DNA from: Mobula hypostoma
Taxonomy: Eukaryota
Assembly: GCF_963921235.1 (NCBI RefSeq)
Contig: NC_086101.1
Span: 1,612,001 to 1,676,000 of the forward strand
Length of the DNA: 64,000 nucleotides
Direction of reading: 5' to 3'
Below, in pieces: positions 12,215 through 23,200 of the stretch. Position 1 is the first letter of the stretch. Each line of letters starts with the position of its first letter. The notes beneath the pieces were generated by a model that was not told where the DNA came from, did not search any database, and was given only the letters and a program-made list of their open reading frames with translations. The position numbers were made by a program, and so were the translations under genes.

Positions 12215-14205
12215 TGAGTGATCTGTAAAGTGAAAGGGTTAGCGTTTGAGGAGCATTTGATGGCTCTGGGCTTGTAGTTTAGAAGAACTCTTGCTGGGGT
12301 TTAGAAGAATAAACTCAGATGGGAGTGGTTTAAACTAATATGGCGGGGGATAGGAACTGAAGATGACAGAGCTGAAGATGAGCCACCGGGTTTACAAATA
12401 GATGATGGGTATAACATGAATGTAAAGAAGGACAGGTCAATGATTGGGTGCAAATGTCGACAGAGCAAGGAGTTAAATTGTACCACAGAGGCAAATTCAA
12501 AAGGGTGAGGAATGCAGGACTGAATGTGCTGTCTTTAAGCGTGCGTAGCATTCAGGGTAAGATGGATGAACTCGTGGCGCATTTAGTGTTGGTCAGTATG
12601 ATGTTGTGGGCATCACTGAGACGTGGCTGAAAGAAGACCATAGTTAGGAGCTTAACATCAAAGGATATTCTTTGTATCGAAAAGATGGCAGGAAGGCATC
12701 GTTAGTGGTGTGGTTCTGTTGGTAAGAGATTAAATTATATCTTTTGAAAGAAGTGACATGGATTCAGAGAATGTTGAATCTTTGTGGGTGGAGTTAAGAA
12801 ATTGCAAAGGTAATAGAACCATTATGGGAATTATATATAGGCCTCCAATTAGTGGCAAAGATGTGAGGTTGAGATTGCAAAGGGAGCTGGCAAAGGCATG
12901 TAATGAGGGTAATGACACAATTGTAATTGGGGATTTCAATATGCAAGGGGATTGGGAAGAAAACAGCATCTAGGGATATAGATGAATGACCTGTTAAGTG
13001 AAAGGGTTAATGTATAAGAAGCATTTGATGGCTCTGGGCCTGTAGTTTGGAAGAACTCTTGCTGGGGTTTAGAAGAATAAACTCAGATGGGAGTGGTTTA
13101 GACTAATATGACAGGGGGTTGGGAACCAGTATGACAGAGCAGAGGATGAGCCAGCAGAGTTGGTGGGAGGGAATTTGTTGAATGCCTGCAAGATGGCTTT
13201 TTTTAGAGCAGCTTGTGCTTGAGCCTACTCAGGGAAAGGCTATCTTAGATTGGGTGTTATGTAATAACCCAAATCTTATTAGGAAGCTTAATGTAAAGGA
13301 ACCCTTAGAAGACAGTAAGCATAATAGGACCTAGACATATTGGAAGAATGGGTTAAAAAATTGGCAATGGAATAGAGTGTTGGGAAATGTACAATAATGC
13401 ATTTTTGGTATAAGGAACAATAGTGTGGACTATTATCTAAATAGGGAGAAGGTTCAAACATCAGAGGTGCGGAGTGACTTAGTAGTCCTCATGCAAGACT
13501 TTCAGAAGGTTAATTTACAGGTTGAGTCTATCCAGAACTGGAGGACACATCCTCAAAATTGAGGGGTGACCTTTTAGAACAAAGTTAAGGAGGATGTTTT
13601 TTAGCCAGAGAGAGTAAATCTGTGGAATGCTCTGCCACAGATTGCGGTAGAGGCCAAGTTTTTTGGTATATTTAAGGGGGAAGTTGATCGTTTCCTGATC
13701 AGTCAGGGCATTAAAGCATATCGCGAGAAGGCAGGTGTACGGGGTTAAGTGGGATCTGGAATCAGGCATGATGGAATAGCAGAACAGACTCGATGGGCTG
13801 AATGGCCTAATTCTGCTCCTACGATATGGTCTAATAAGGGGGGATCTCAATGAAATCTGTCAAACACCTCAAGGTCTGGATAGAGTGGATGTAGGGAGAT
13901 GTTTCCTGTAGTGGGTAAGTCTGTGACAAGAGGGCACAGCCTCAGAATTGAGGGAGGTCCATTTAGAACAGAGACAAGGAGAAATTTCTTTAGTCAGAGG
14001 GTTGTAAATCTGTGGAATTCATTGCACAGGCAGCTGTGGAGACCAAATCATTGAGTATGTTGAAAGCAGAGATTGATAAGTTCTCGATTAATCAGGGTGT
14101 CAAAGGTTACAAAGAGAAGGTCGGAGAATGGGGTTGAGTGGGATAATAAATCAGCCATGATGAAATGGCCTAGCTCTGCTAAGTCTTATGACCTTATGGT
14201 CTTCT
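12215..14205 (+). mobile_element. Degenerate CR1 mosaic
   Basis: ESLWVELRNCKG, IYRPP and VIGDFN endonuclease motifs; two CR1 3' UTR ends. Confidence 0.85.
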
Positions 14206-14312
14206 GGAGTGGAAATAACAGTCAACATTTCAATTGCAGCTGTCAGTTTCAATATCATGTGGTGCAGGTTACACACCATTTCATTTACTATATTCATATC
14301 ATTTTTCAACAG

Positions 14313-14582
14313 ATGTTTTGATAGCACCGGTGATAATACAGAATCCCAAAAATGCAGTGAGAATTGCTCAACTCACCTGTGTTGCAAATAGTTGGGATAC
14401 AGACAGAATTTTGTGGTATAAAGGTAGCAAACTGCTTGAAAATGATGAGATTTACTCAATGTCGACTGACAACAGAACATTGACAATAAAAACTGATCAA
14501 ATCGCAAACTGTGAGTTGTTCACCTGTGTGATAGAAAACAAAGTCAGCCAGAGCAAGAACTCTCATGTCCTCGTCATTAACG
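14313..14582 (+). CDS. Ig/5TM receptor exon 3: IgC2-type domain
   Basis: Acceptor tttttcaacag|; DVLIAPVI...QLTCVA...ILWYKG...DNRTLTI...FTCVIENKVS; donor G|gtgagt at 14583; 270 nt, phase 1-1. Confidence 0.92.
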
Positions 14583-14674
14583 GTGAGTTTTATTCTACGC
14601 CTGTTTACTTCAACATGTTACAGAGCTGGGGATTTTACACTATCAACTTTAGAAGGGAAGAAGCTTTGTTTGAT

Positions 14675-15095
14675 TCAGAATCAGAATCAGGTTTATTATC
14701 ACCGGCATGGGACGTGAAATTTGTTAACTTAGCAGCAGCAGCTCAATATAATATGTAATCTAGCAGAGACAGAAAAAAAAATAAAACATAATAATAATAA
14801 AACAAGTAAATCAATTATGTATATTGAATAGATTATTTAAAAATGTGCAAAAACAGAAATACTGTATGTTAAAAAAAGCGAGGTAGTGTCCAAAGCTTCA
14901 AAATCCATTTAGGAATTGGATGGCAGAGGGGAAGCTGTTCCTGAATCGCTGAGTGTGTGCCTTCAGGCTTCTGTACCTCCTACCTGATGGTAACGGTGAG
15001 AAAAGGGCATGCCCTGGGTGCTGGAGGTCTTTAATAATGGACGCTGTCTTTCTGAGACACCGCTCCCTAAAGATGTCCTGGGTACTTTGTAGGTT
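14675..15095 (-). mobile_element. Rex1-type LINE 3' end
   Basis: HPGHALFSPLPSGRRYRSLKAHTQRFRNSF; (gattct)n tail; same family as 48280-48460. Confidence 0.85.
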
Positions 15096-15149
15096 AGTGA
15101 TGTTGTAAGTTAAATTTGAGCCGCAAAATGTTCGTATTTGCAACACTAT

Positions 15150-15975
15150 TATAGCTTAGGGCGTTCTGAAGTTCAATTTCAGCATCTTCTGTAAGGAGTT
15201 TTGTACGTTCTTCCTGTGCAGCATGTGGGTTTCCTCCAGATGCTCCTGCTTCCTCCCACAGTTCAGAGGCGTAGCAGTAAGTAGGTTCATTGTAAATTGT
15301 CCTGTGGTTAGATCAGGGTTAAATTGGTGGGGTGCTTAGTAGGTTAATTGCTCATTGTGAATTGTCCTGTGATTAGATCAGGGTTAAATCGGTGGGCTGC
15401 TTGGCAGGTTAACTGTAAATTGTAAACTGTCCTGTGATTAGATCAGGGTTAAATCAGTGGGCTGCTTGGCAGGTTAACTGTAAATTGTAAACTGTCCTGC
15501 GATTAGATCAGGGTTAAATCAGTGGGCTGCTTGGCAGGTTAACTGTAAATTGTAAACTGTCCTGTGATTAGATCAGGGTTAAATCAGTGGGCTGCTTGGC
15601 AGGTTAACTGTAAATTGTAAACTGTCCTGTGATTAGATCAGGGTTAAATCAGTGGGCTGCTTGGCAGGTTAACTGTAAATTGTAAACTGCCCTGCGATTA
15701 GATCAGGGTTAAATCAGTGGGCTGCTTGGCAGGTTAACTGTAAATTGTAAACTGTCCTGTGATTAGATCAGGGTTAAATCAGTGGGCTGCTTGGCAGGTT
15801 AACTGTAAATTGTAAACTGTCCTGTGATTAGATCAGGGTTAAATCAGTGGGCTGCTTGGCAGGTTAACTGTAAATTGTAAACTGCCCTGCGATTAGATCA
15901 GGGTTAAATCAGTGGGCTGCTTGGCAGAGGGTCTTATTGAGTCAGAAGGGCCTGTTCCCAACTGAATCTCTAAAT
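15150..15975 (+). mobile_element. V-SINE-like element with internal tandem expansion
   Basis: tgggtttcctccagatgctcctgcttcctcccacagt resembles the V-SINE central domain; CR1-like 3' motif gaagggcctgtt at ~15945. Confidence 0.65.
15290..15927. repeat. 65-bp minisatellite, ~10 copies
   Basis: gatcagggttaaat recurs at 15311, 15376, 15441 ... 15896, exactly 65 bp apart. Confidence 0.95.
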
Positions 15976-16585
15976 AATCAAAAATATATTAATTCTTCCA
16001 GTCTGTAGCAAGTGATTTGTGTTACGATGATCAAATCTTACTTAAGATATTGTTTAGAAAAGAGAAGCTCTGTTACTCTTCTCTGTCTGTTGTGTTGTTT
16101 ATTGCCCTTGAGGTAAACCGTTGCATTTTGCACGGAGTTTGGGTGAGACTAGAACCAGAGGTCATTGGTTAAGGGTGAGAGGTTTAAGGGGAACATGAGG
16201 GGAAATTTCATCACTCAGAGGGTCGTAAGAGTGTGGAACGAGCTGCCAGCACAAGTGGTGCATGCAGGATCGAATTCAACATTTGAGAGAAGTTTGAATA
16301 GGCGTATGGATGGGAGGGTTTTGGAGGGTTGCTTTCTGGGTGTAGGTCAATAGGACTCGGTAGATTAATGGTTTGGTACGGATTAGATAGGCCAAAGGAC
16401 CCATTTCTGTGCTCTAGTGTTCAATAACTCTTAATATGTGTATCATGAAAATCTTGTCTCACATATCGTCCATACAGATCAGCAGTACATTGAGGTGGAT
16501 TAAGGGAAAATAATAATAGTGCAGAATAAAGTGTATTAGTTACGAAGAATGTGAAATGCAGGCAGGCAATGAAGTGCAAGATCAC

Positions 16586-16835
16586 TGATGCACCATCAAT
16601 AACTCCAAAAGACTGGAAGTAGAGTAAGTACTGAAAGGCTTTTATTAGCAGTAAAATGTGACCTCCAGCATGCTGAGTGTCTGCCCCTAGACTGAGAGGA
16701 GGAGGCATGACCCGATCACCTTTAATCAGGGGTCTGAGGGAGGAGCCACAGGGGCCGTCAGCAGAGGGGCGTGTCCAGACAGGTAACCCAGTTACAACAC
16801 ATATATATATATGTATATGTATTTGGTTTACCACA
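16586..16835 (-). mobile_element. Short solo LTR (250 bp)
   Basis: TG...CA ends; 5-bp TSD ATCAC (16581-16585 and 16836-16840); tttatt (AATAAA on -) at ~16641. Confidence 0.75.
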
Positions 16836-17172
16836 ATCACCATGAGGTAGATTGTGAAGCCAAGAGTCCATCTTATCATGCTAGGGAACAATCCAATAGT
16901 CTTATAACAGCAGGGTAAAAGCTGGGTAAGAGCCCGGTGCACATGATTATTTGCTGTTTCAGTGCATGTGGTGAAATGTTGCCACAGTGCTAAAAGAGAA
17001 AGAGTTTGAAGACTCGGTGAGTAACAACGAATCAATAACAATGTGGGTCCGAATGAGAATTAAACTTCTATTGTCCATGCCCAACCTCACCGCCAACTCT
17101 CAAAGTGGCAGAGGCAAGGCAGCTTAGGATGGTATTGTTCGTCGAGTGAGGAGGCTGACCACATGTGTAATA

Positions 17173-17682
17173 CGAGGGGTGATTGATAAGTTCGTGGCCT
17201 AGGGTAGAAGGAGTCAATTTTAGAAAACCTAGCACAATCCCAGATTTACACACTTAGTCCAGCGGGTCATGGAGCATATGGATCTTGGGCCTCCAGAAAG
17301 TGTCCACAGCAGGGGTGATTGATAAGTTCGTGGCCGAAGGTAGAAGGAGATGAGTTATACAGCTCTCGTTAAATGCACATGCAGTTCAACTCTGAGTGAT
17401 TATGCAGTTATTAACTTCAAACTTTCTGCATAATCAATCAAAGAGTTGAACTGCATGTGCATGTAACGAGAGCTGTATAACTCATCTCTTTCTACCTCAG
17501 GCCACAAACTTACCAAACACCCCTGCCGTGGACACTTTCTGGAGGTCCAAGATCCGTATGCTCCACGACCGCTGGACTAAGTGTGTAAGCGTAGGAGGGG
17601 ACTATGTTGAAAAATAAATGTGCTAGGTTTTCTAAAATTGACTCCTTCTACCTTAGGCCACGAACTTATCAATCACCCCTCG
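17173..17682. mobile_element. Tc1/mariner-family MITE, nearly fully palindromic
   Basis: TA TSD (17171-17172 and 17683-17684); TIR CGAGGGGTGATTGATAAGTTCGTGGCCT with its exact reverse complement at the right end; no transposase ORF. Confidence 0.9.
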
Positions 17683-18474
17683 TACGTGGTTGAGCCATTT
17701 AACAGCAGGCATCAGTACATGAGTTCCTATGGCCACTCAGAGGAAGTAGGAAGGAATCTCGGAGATAAGCTTAACTTCTCAGGTGAAACGTAGGTGCCTG
17801 TAGGTATGCTCCAACAACATTACAAGAATAGAAGAAGAGACAACAATAGACAATAGGTGCAGGAGTAGGCCATTCAGCCCTTTGAGCTAGCACCGCCAAG
17901 TGAAGTCTCTGTTGTGATAGCAGTGTATCCAGATGCAGCCGCATCTATGGGGCCAACCAAAGGTATTGTTATCATTTTAAAATGTATTTTTTATGCTCAC
18001 AAGACCTTGCTGGACATTAGGAAATTAAAGTACTTTTGGTCTACCCCATCAGCAAGTTGCTGGGTGATGGAGAAGCTGAGGGAGCTGGGCTGGCTGCAGG
18101 CCATGGTTGCTCCTGCTGTGGAGAGGCATTGGAGTTGGTGTGCAGTCTAACAATGAGTGATTGTCCTAGTCACTCTTCTTGTGATCGTAGGACCCTGTTG
18201 AATACTCTTAATGTGGAATGCTGCAAGTTTGATCGCTGGTCTATTGGTGGTTTATTGTCATCTACACACTTATCCAGGATATAAATGCCATGGAAGTTAG
18301 CTCCTTGAAGCAGCAAAGATAGGTTGATATGATCTTAGCATATGTTTATGGATAACATGGCAAAATAAACTTAACAACATTAGTGCCAGTTACAAGTGAG
18401 TGTAAGAATATGTAATCTGGCCTAGGTTGGATCAAGAACATGGAAATTATATCCTCCATTATAAGGGAGTCAAA

Positions 18475-19010
18475 GTTTTTGTTCAGCCTTGAGGTGTGAG
18501 TCTTCAGGCTCCTGTACCTTTTACCTGATGGCAGCACCAAGAAGAGCATGGCCCGAACAGTGAGGAACCTTAATGATGGATGTCACTTCAGTGAGGCCTT
18601 GCCTCTTGTAGATGTCCTCAATAGTGGGAAGAGCTGTATTCATGATGGAGCTGGCAAAGGGCACCATTCTGTCTAATCTGTTGAGTTCCTGTGCATTGGA
18701 GTTTGCATTTCAGGCAGTGATGTTTTCCTGTGTACATTTGTAGAAGTTTGTCAGAGTCGTAAATGACGTGCAGAATCTCCTTAAACTTATTAGGGAGTAG
18801 AAATGTTTGTGTTCCCTCTTCGTGGTTGTAGCTGTGACGTGGGCCTAGGATCAGAAACTCAAAGTTGCTCACTCTTTCCACCACTGGTCATTTGGTAACG
18901 ACTGGTGTGTGTTTGCCTGACTTCCCCTCTCTGAAGTCCACAATCTATTCCTTTGTGTTGCTGAGGTGAACACGGTTTCAAGATGACTCAGTTGGCTGAC
19001 TGACCTCACT
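18475..19010 (-). mobile_element. Old Rex1-type LINE remnant
   Basis: LPSGKRYRSLKTHTSRL and VERVSNFEFL pieces in broken frames. Confidence 0.7.
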
Positions 19011-19118
19011 CCAGTACACTTTGTCTCACAATGTGTCTGCTGCCTGCACACTGGCAGGTGTTGTGATTCATTTCTCTAGTTTATATTTGGAAAGATTGAT
19101 TTGAGTTTCTTGTTTCAG

Positions 19119-19235
19119 GATTGCTGTTGCTCCATCGGTACACTTTCATCACATCCATAGTTGCTCTGGTGAGCACGTCAACATCTTTTGCTGCATCAAT
19201 CTTCATCATCTTTTTTGCCCTGGGAACTTACAGAG
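19119..19235 (+). CDS. Ig/5TM receptor exon 4: TM1 (GLLLLHRYTFITSIVALVSTSTSFAASIFIIFFALGTYR)
   Basis: Acceptor ttcttgtttcag|; donor G|gtaaca; 117 nt, phase 1-1, open in frame; absent from the ORF track. Confidence 0.85.
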
Positions 19236-19331
19236 GTAACATTTCACCTTGCCTGACCCTATTGTAGACAGATGTGCATGATGTATTCTCCTGAGATAAT
19301 GCATTGAATCTCCATCTGTTTGTATTTCCAG

Positions 19332-19433
19332 TTCACAAGCGGCACGTACAGCTCACTGCTGTTTTTATGTTCTTCCAGCTGCTCTCCTTCATCTCTCTGC
19401 TGACTGCAGCCCTCTTCTGTGTTTTTGATCCAG
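19332..19433 (+). CDS. Ig/5TM receptor exon 5: TM2 (VHKRHVQLTAVFMFFQLLSFISLLTAALFCVFDP)
   Basis: Acceptor tgtatttccag|; donor G|gtcagt; 102 nt, phase 1-1; follows a 96-nt intron. Confidence 0.85.
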
Positions 19434-20261
19434 GTCAGTGTGCCATTGTCAGCCCCAGTTCTTGCTATTCCTTTGAAAAGAATAATGGAGCTTCCAGCCC
19501 ATCCTGTTCCCTTGATTTATATAGCAGGAGGCCATTACTATCTGGCTCTCCAATTGTGGCTGTTGATAGCTGAAGGACCAGACATTTTGTTGCTGCTCTC
19601 CCACCCCCATCCAGACACACCTGGAGCTCTCATTATCAACCTCAACCTCAACCTCAAAGCACTGCACATGTTCACTCACTGAGGGCTCAGGTTATTAGGT
19701 TTTTGGAATCAGGAGAATCAGCCTTTCGTATCTCTGTCTAGTACATTTTGTTATCCGCTTTCATTTGCCTTCATTGCAGGGGATGTGGCATGCAAATAGT
19801 GGATGGGTGCCCCATTAAGTTGTAGTGTTCTCAGCCAATCACGTCCCCATAATGCTGGTCCTTCTGTTTTTACCACACCCAAGCTCAATGTGGATTGTTG
19901 GTTGGTTTATTTCACTGTTATGGATGGCATTAACACACAAGTTACCTTTTCTCCAGTATAAGTTCTTCGCTGAATATTTGCAGACTTCAGTTTGGTATCT
20001 TTGGAATGACATTCACACTTATTTTATGGAATGACTGAAACAGCTGAACCAGTGTTTAATTCCATTTTAATTAATCTGCCATTCACTTCTGGTGTAAGCC
20101 ACGTTGCTTATCTATTTTTAATTTTCACACTGTAAATCTGAAGGGTACTCATTCCTGCATCACACTCATTATTATTAGGTTTTTCGTCAATAGTACGGAG
20201 ATTAGTGCTCTTTTTGAAACTGCAGCTTGACTTTTTGGCTCTTTCTCTTCCCAAAGTGGTC

Positions 20262-23200
20262 CGTTTGGTTAGGAGTTAGGAATAAAGCTGAGAAACAGGA
20301 CCTCAAGGGTAGTAATCTCAGGATTGCTGTCTGTGCCACATGACAGTGAGGATGGGAGTAAAATCAGGTTGCAGGTAGATGCGTGGCTGAAGAATTGGAG
20401 CAGGGGGCAGGAATTCAGATTTCTGGATAATTGGGACCTGCACAAAGGGCAGGGGTAGCACTGGAATCTGAGGGGGGCCAATATTCTTGCGGGCAGATTT
20501 ACTAAAGCTGTTGGGAGTGGCAGGGAGAATAGGAACCAGGATGATGGAGCTGAGGATGAGCCAGCAGGCTAACAAGTAGATAATGGGTGTAAGGAAGAAC
20601 AAGCCAATGATTAGGTACAAGTGCAGACAGAGCAAAGAGTTAAATTGTACCACAGAGGCAAAATTTAAAACGGTGAAGAACGCAGGACTGAAGGTACTGT
20701 ATTTAAATGCGCATAGCATTTGGAATAATGTGGATGAACTCATGATGCAATTAGTGATTGGTCGGTATGACATGGTGGGCATCACTGAATCATGGCTGAA
20801 AGAGGTCATAATTATATCTACAAGACCTTGGTCAGACCGCACTTGGAGTACTGTGTTCATTTCTAGTCACCTCACTATAGGAAGGATGTGGGTACTATAG
20901 AGAGAGTGCAGAGGAGATTTACAAGGATGTTGCCTGGATTGGGGAGCATCCCTTATGAGAATAGGTTGAGTAAACTTTGCCTTTTCTCCTTGGAGCGACG
21001 AAGGATGAGAGGTGACCTGATAGAGGTGTATAAGATGATGAGAGATGTTGATCGTGTGGATGGCCAGAAGTTTTTTCCCAGGGCCAAAATGGCTAACATG
21101 AAAGGGCATACGTTTAAGGTGCTTGGAAGTAGGTACAGAGGGGATGTCAGGGGCAAGTTTTTCACACAGAGTGGTGGGTGCGTGGTATGCTTTGCTGGCA
21201 GCGGTGGTGGAAGTGGATACAATAGGGTCATTTAAGAGACTTTTAGATAGGTACATGGAGCTAAGAAAAACAGAGGGCTGAGCAGTAATCACAGTAGGGT
21301 AATTAGGTTACGTGGTCGGCACAACGTTATTGGACAAAGGGCCTGTAATGTGCTGTAGATTTCTATGTTCTATGTTCTGTAGTTGGGAGCTTAACATCAA
21401 AGGCCAGGCAGGAAGGCATTAGTGGTGGTGTGGTTCTGTTGGTAAGAGATGGAACTACATCTTTAGAAAGAGGTGACAGAGGGTCAGAGAATTTTGAATC
21501 CTTGTGGGTAGAGTTAAGAAATTCCAAGGGTAAAACAGCCATTATAGGAATCATATATGTATATGTATATTCAGGTAGTGGGTAGTGGCTCCTTATGTCA
21601 CTATGACAGGGCGTGACGACCCTGCCTTACACGAGTCCCGGGCTCAGCTGGCTCCGGCTGACAGTACCCAGTATGGGCCCCTATCCAGGGTTACGGATCC
21701 CACTGCCTTGTGGGTATCTTCAGGAGAAGAGAAGGCTAAGCAGTAAACCCTACACAAATCCGGAGTGGAGCCCCTAAGGCTGTTGGATGACGTATCACGT
21801 CGCCTCCCAGCAGCTCCTGCAGCCAAGCTGATGCCAAATGTGCTGCTTCACATTCCTTTGGACCACATTAGACCACATCCTCGAGGCCGAGAGGGGGATC
21901 TTGATGTCTGGGCAACCCAGGATCTCCATATTCATCACACAGGTCTACGCCCCGGAAAACTGTATATAATGTATATCCATATATATGTGTATATATCTTT
22001 GTATATAATTGTGATAGGGGATTGTGAACATCAGGATGGCGTCAGATTGCAAGAGATGGCTTTTTTAGAGCAGCTTGTTCATGAGCCTACTCAGGAAAAA
22101 GCTGTCTTTGATTTGGCGTTGTGTAATAACCCAGATCTTATTAGGGAGCTTAATGTAAAGGAACCCTTTGGAGGCAGTAATCATAATATGATTGAATTCA
22201 TACTGCATTTTGAGAGGGAGAACTCATGTATATGTATCGCAATGGAATAAAGGGAATGACAAAGGCATGAGAGAGGAGTTTGCCCAGGTGGATTGGAGGG
22301 GGGTACTGGCGGGGAATGAGGCAGAGCAGAGATGGCTGAAGTTTCTGCAAGTAGTTCACAAGGTGCAGGATAGATATGTCCCACAGAGGAAGAAGTTCTC
22401 GAATAGCACGGGTAGGCATCCGTGGCAGACAAGGGTATTTAAGGACTGCATGAAAGTCCCAAAAAACATATAAGGTACCAAAAGTGCGTGGGAAGTTGGA
22501 AGATTGAGAAGCTTTTAAAATCCAACAAAAGGCAACTAAAAGAGCTATAAAGGACAAGATGAAATGTGAGGGCAGACTAGGCAATAATATAAAGCAGGAT
22601 ACCAAAAGTTTTTTCAGTTATATAAAGAGTAAAAGGGAGGTGAGAGTTGATATTGGACCACTGGAAAATGATGCTGGTGAGGTCGTAATGGGGACAACGA
22701 AATGCTAGATGAACTTAATGGGTACTTCACATCTGTCTTCACTGTGGAACATGCTAGCGGTGTGCCAGAGGTCCGTGAGCGTCAGGGCACAGGAGTGACA
22801 ATAGGCAATAGACAATAGGTGCAGGAGTAGGCCATTCGGCCCTTTGAGCCAGCACTGCCATTCACTGTGATCATGGTTGATCATCCACAATCAGTATCCA
22901 GTTCCTGCCTTATCCCCATAACCTTTGATTCCACTACCTTTCAGAGCTCTATCTATCTATTTCTTGAAAGCATCCAGAGACTTGGCCTCCACTGCCTTCT
23001 GGGACAGAGCATTCCATATATCCACCACTCTCTGGGTGAAAAAGTTTTTCCTCAACTCTGTTCTAAATGGCCTACCCCTAATTCTTAAACTGTGGCCTCT
23101 GGTTCTGGAATGAACTGATCCTGCATTTTATACATTATTCCCAGAAATACCTGCCATTGTTGTTCCACTGTCATCCCTGCTGGGGTATTGTTCCATTGAA

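Noticed and set aside
19434..19682. Extension of exon 5 ORF (19304-19573) and ORF 19419-19682
   Set aside because: A good donor at 19434 and an in-frame downstream exon explain the coding part; the remainder looks intronic.
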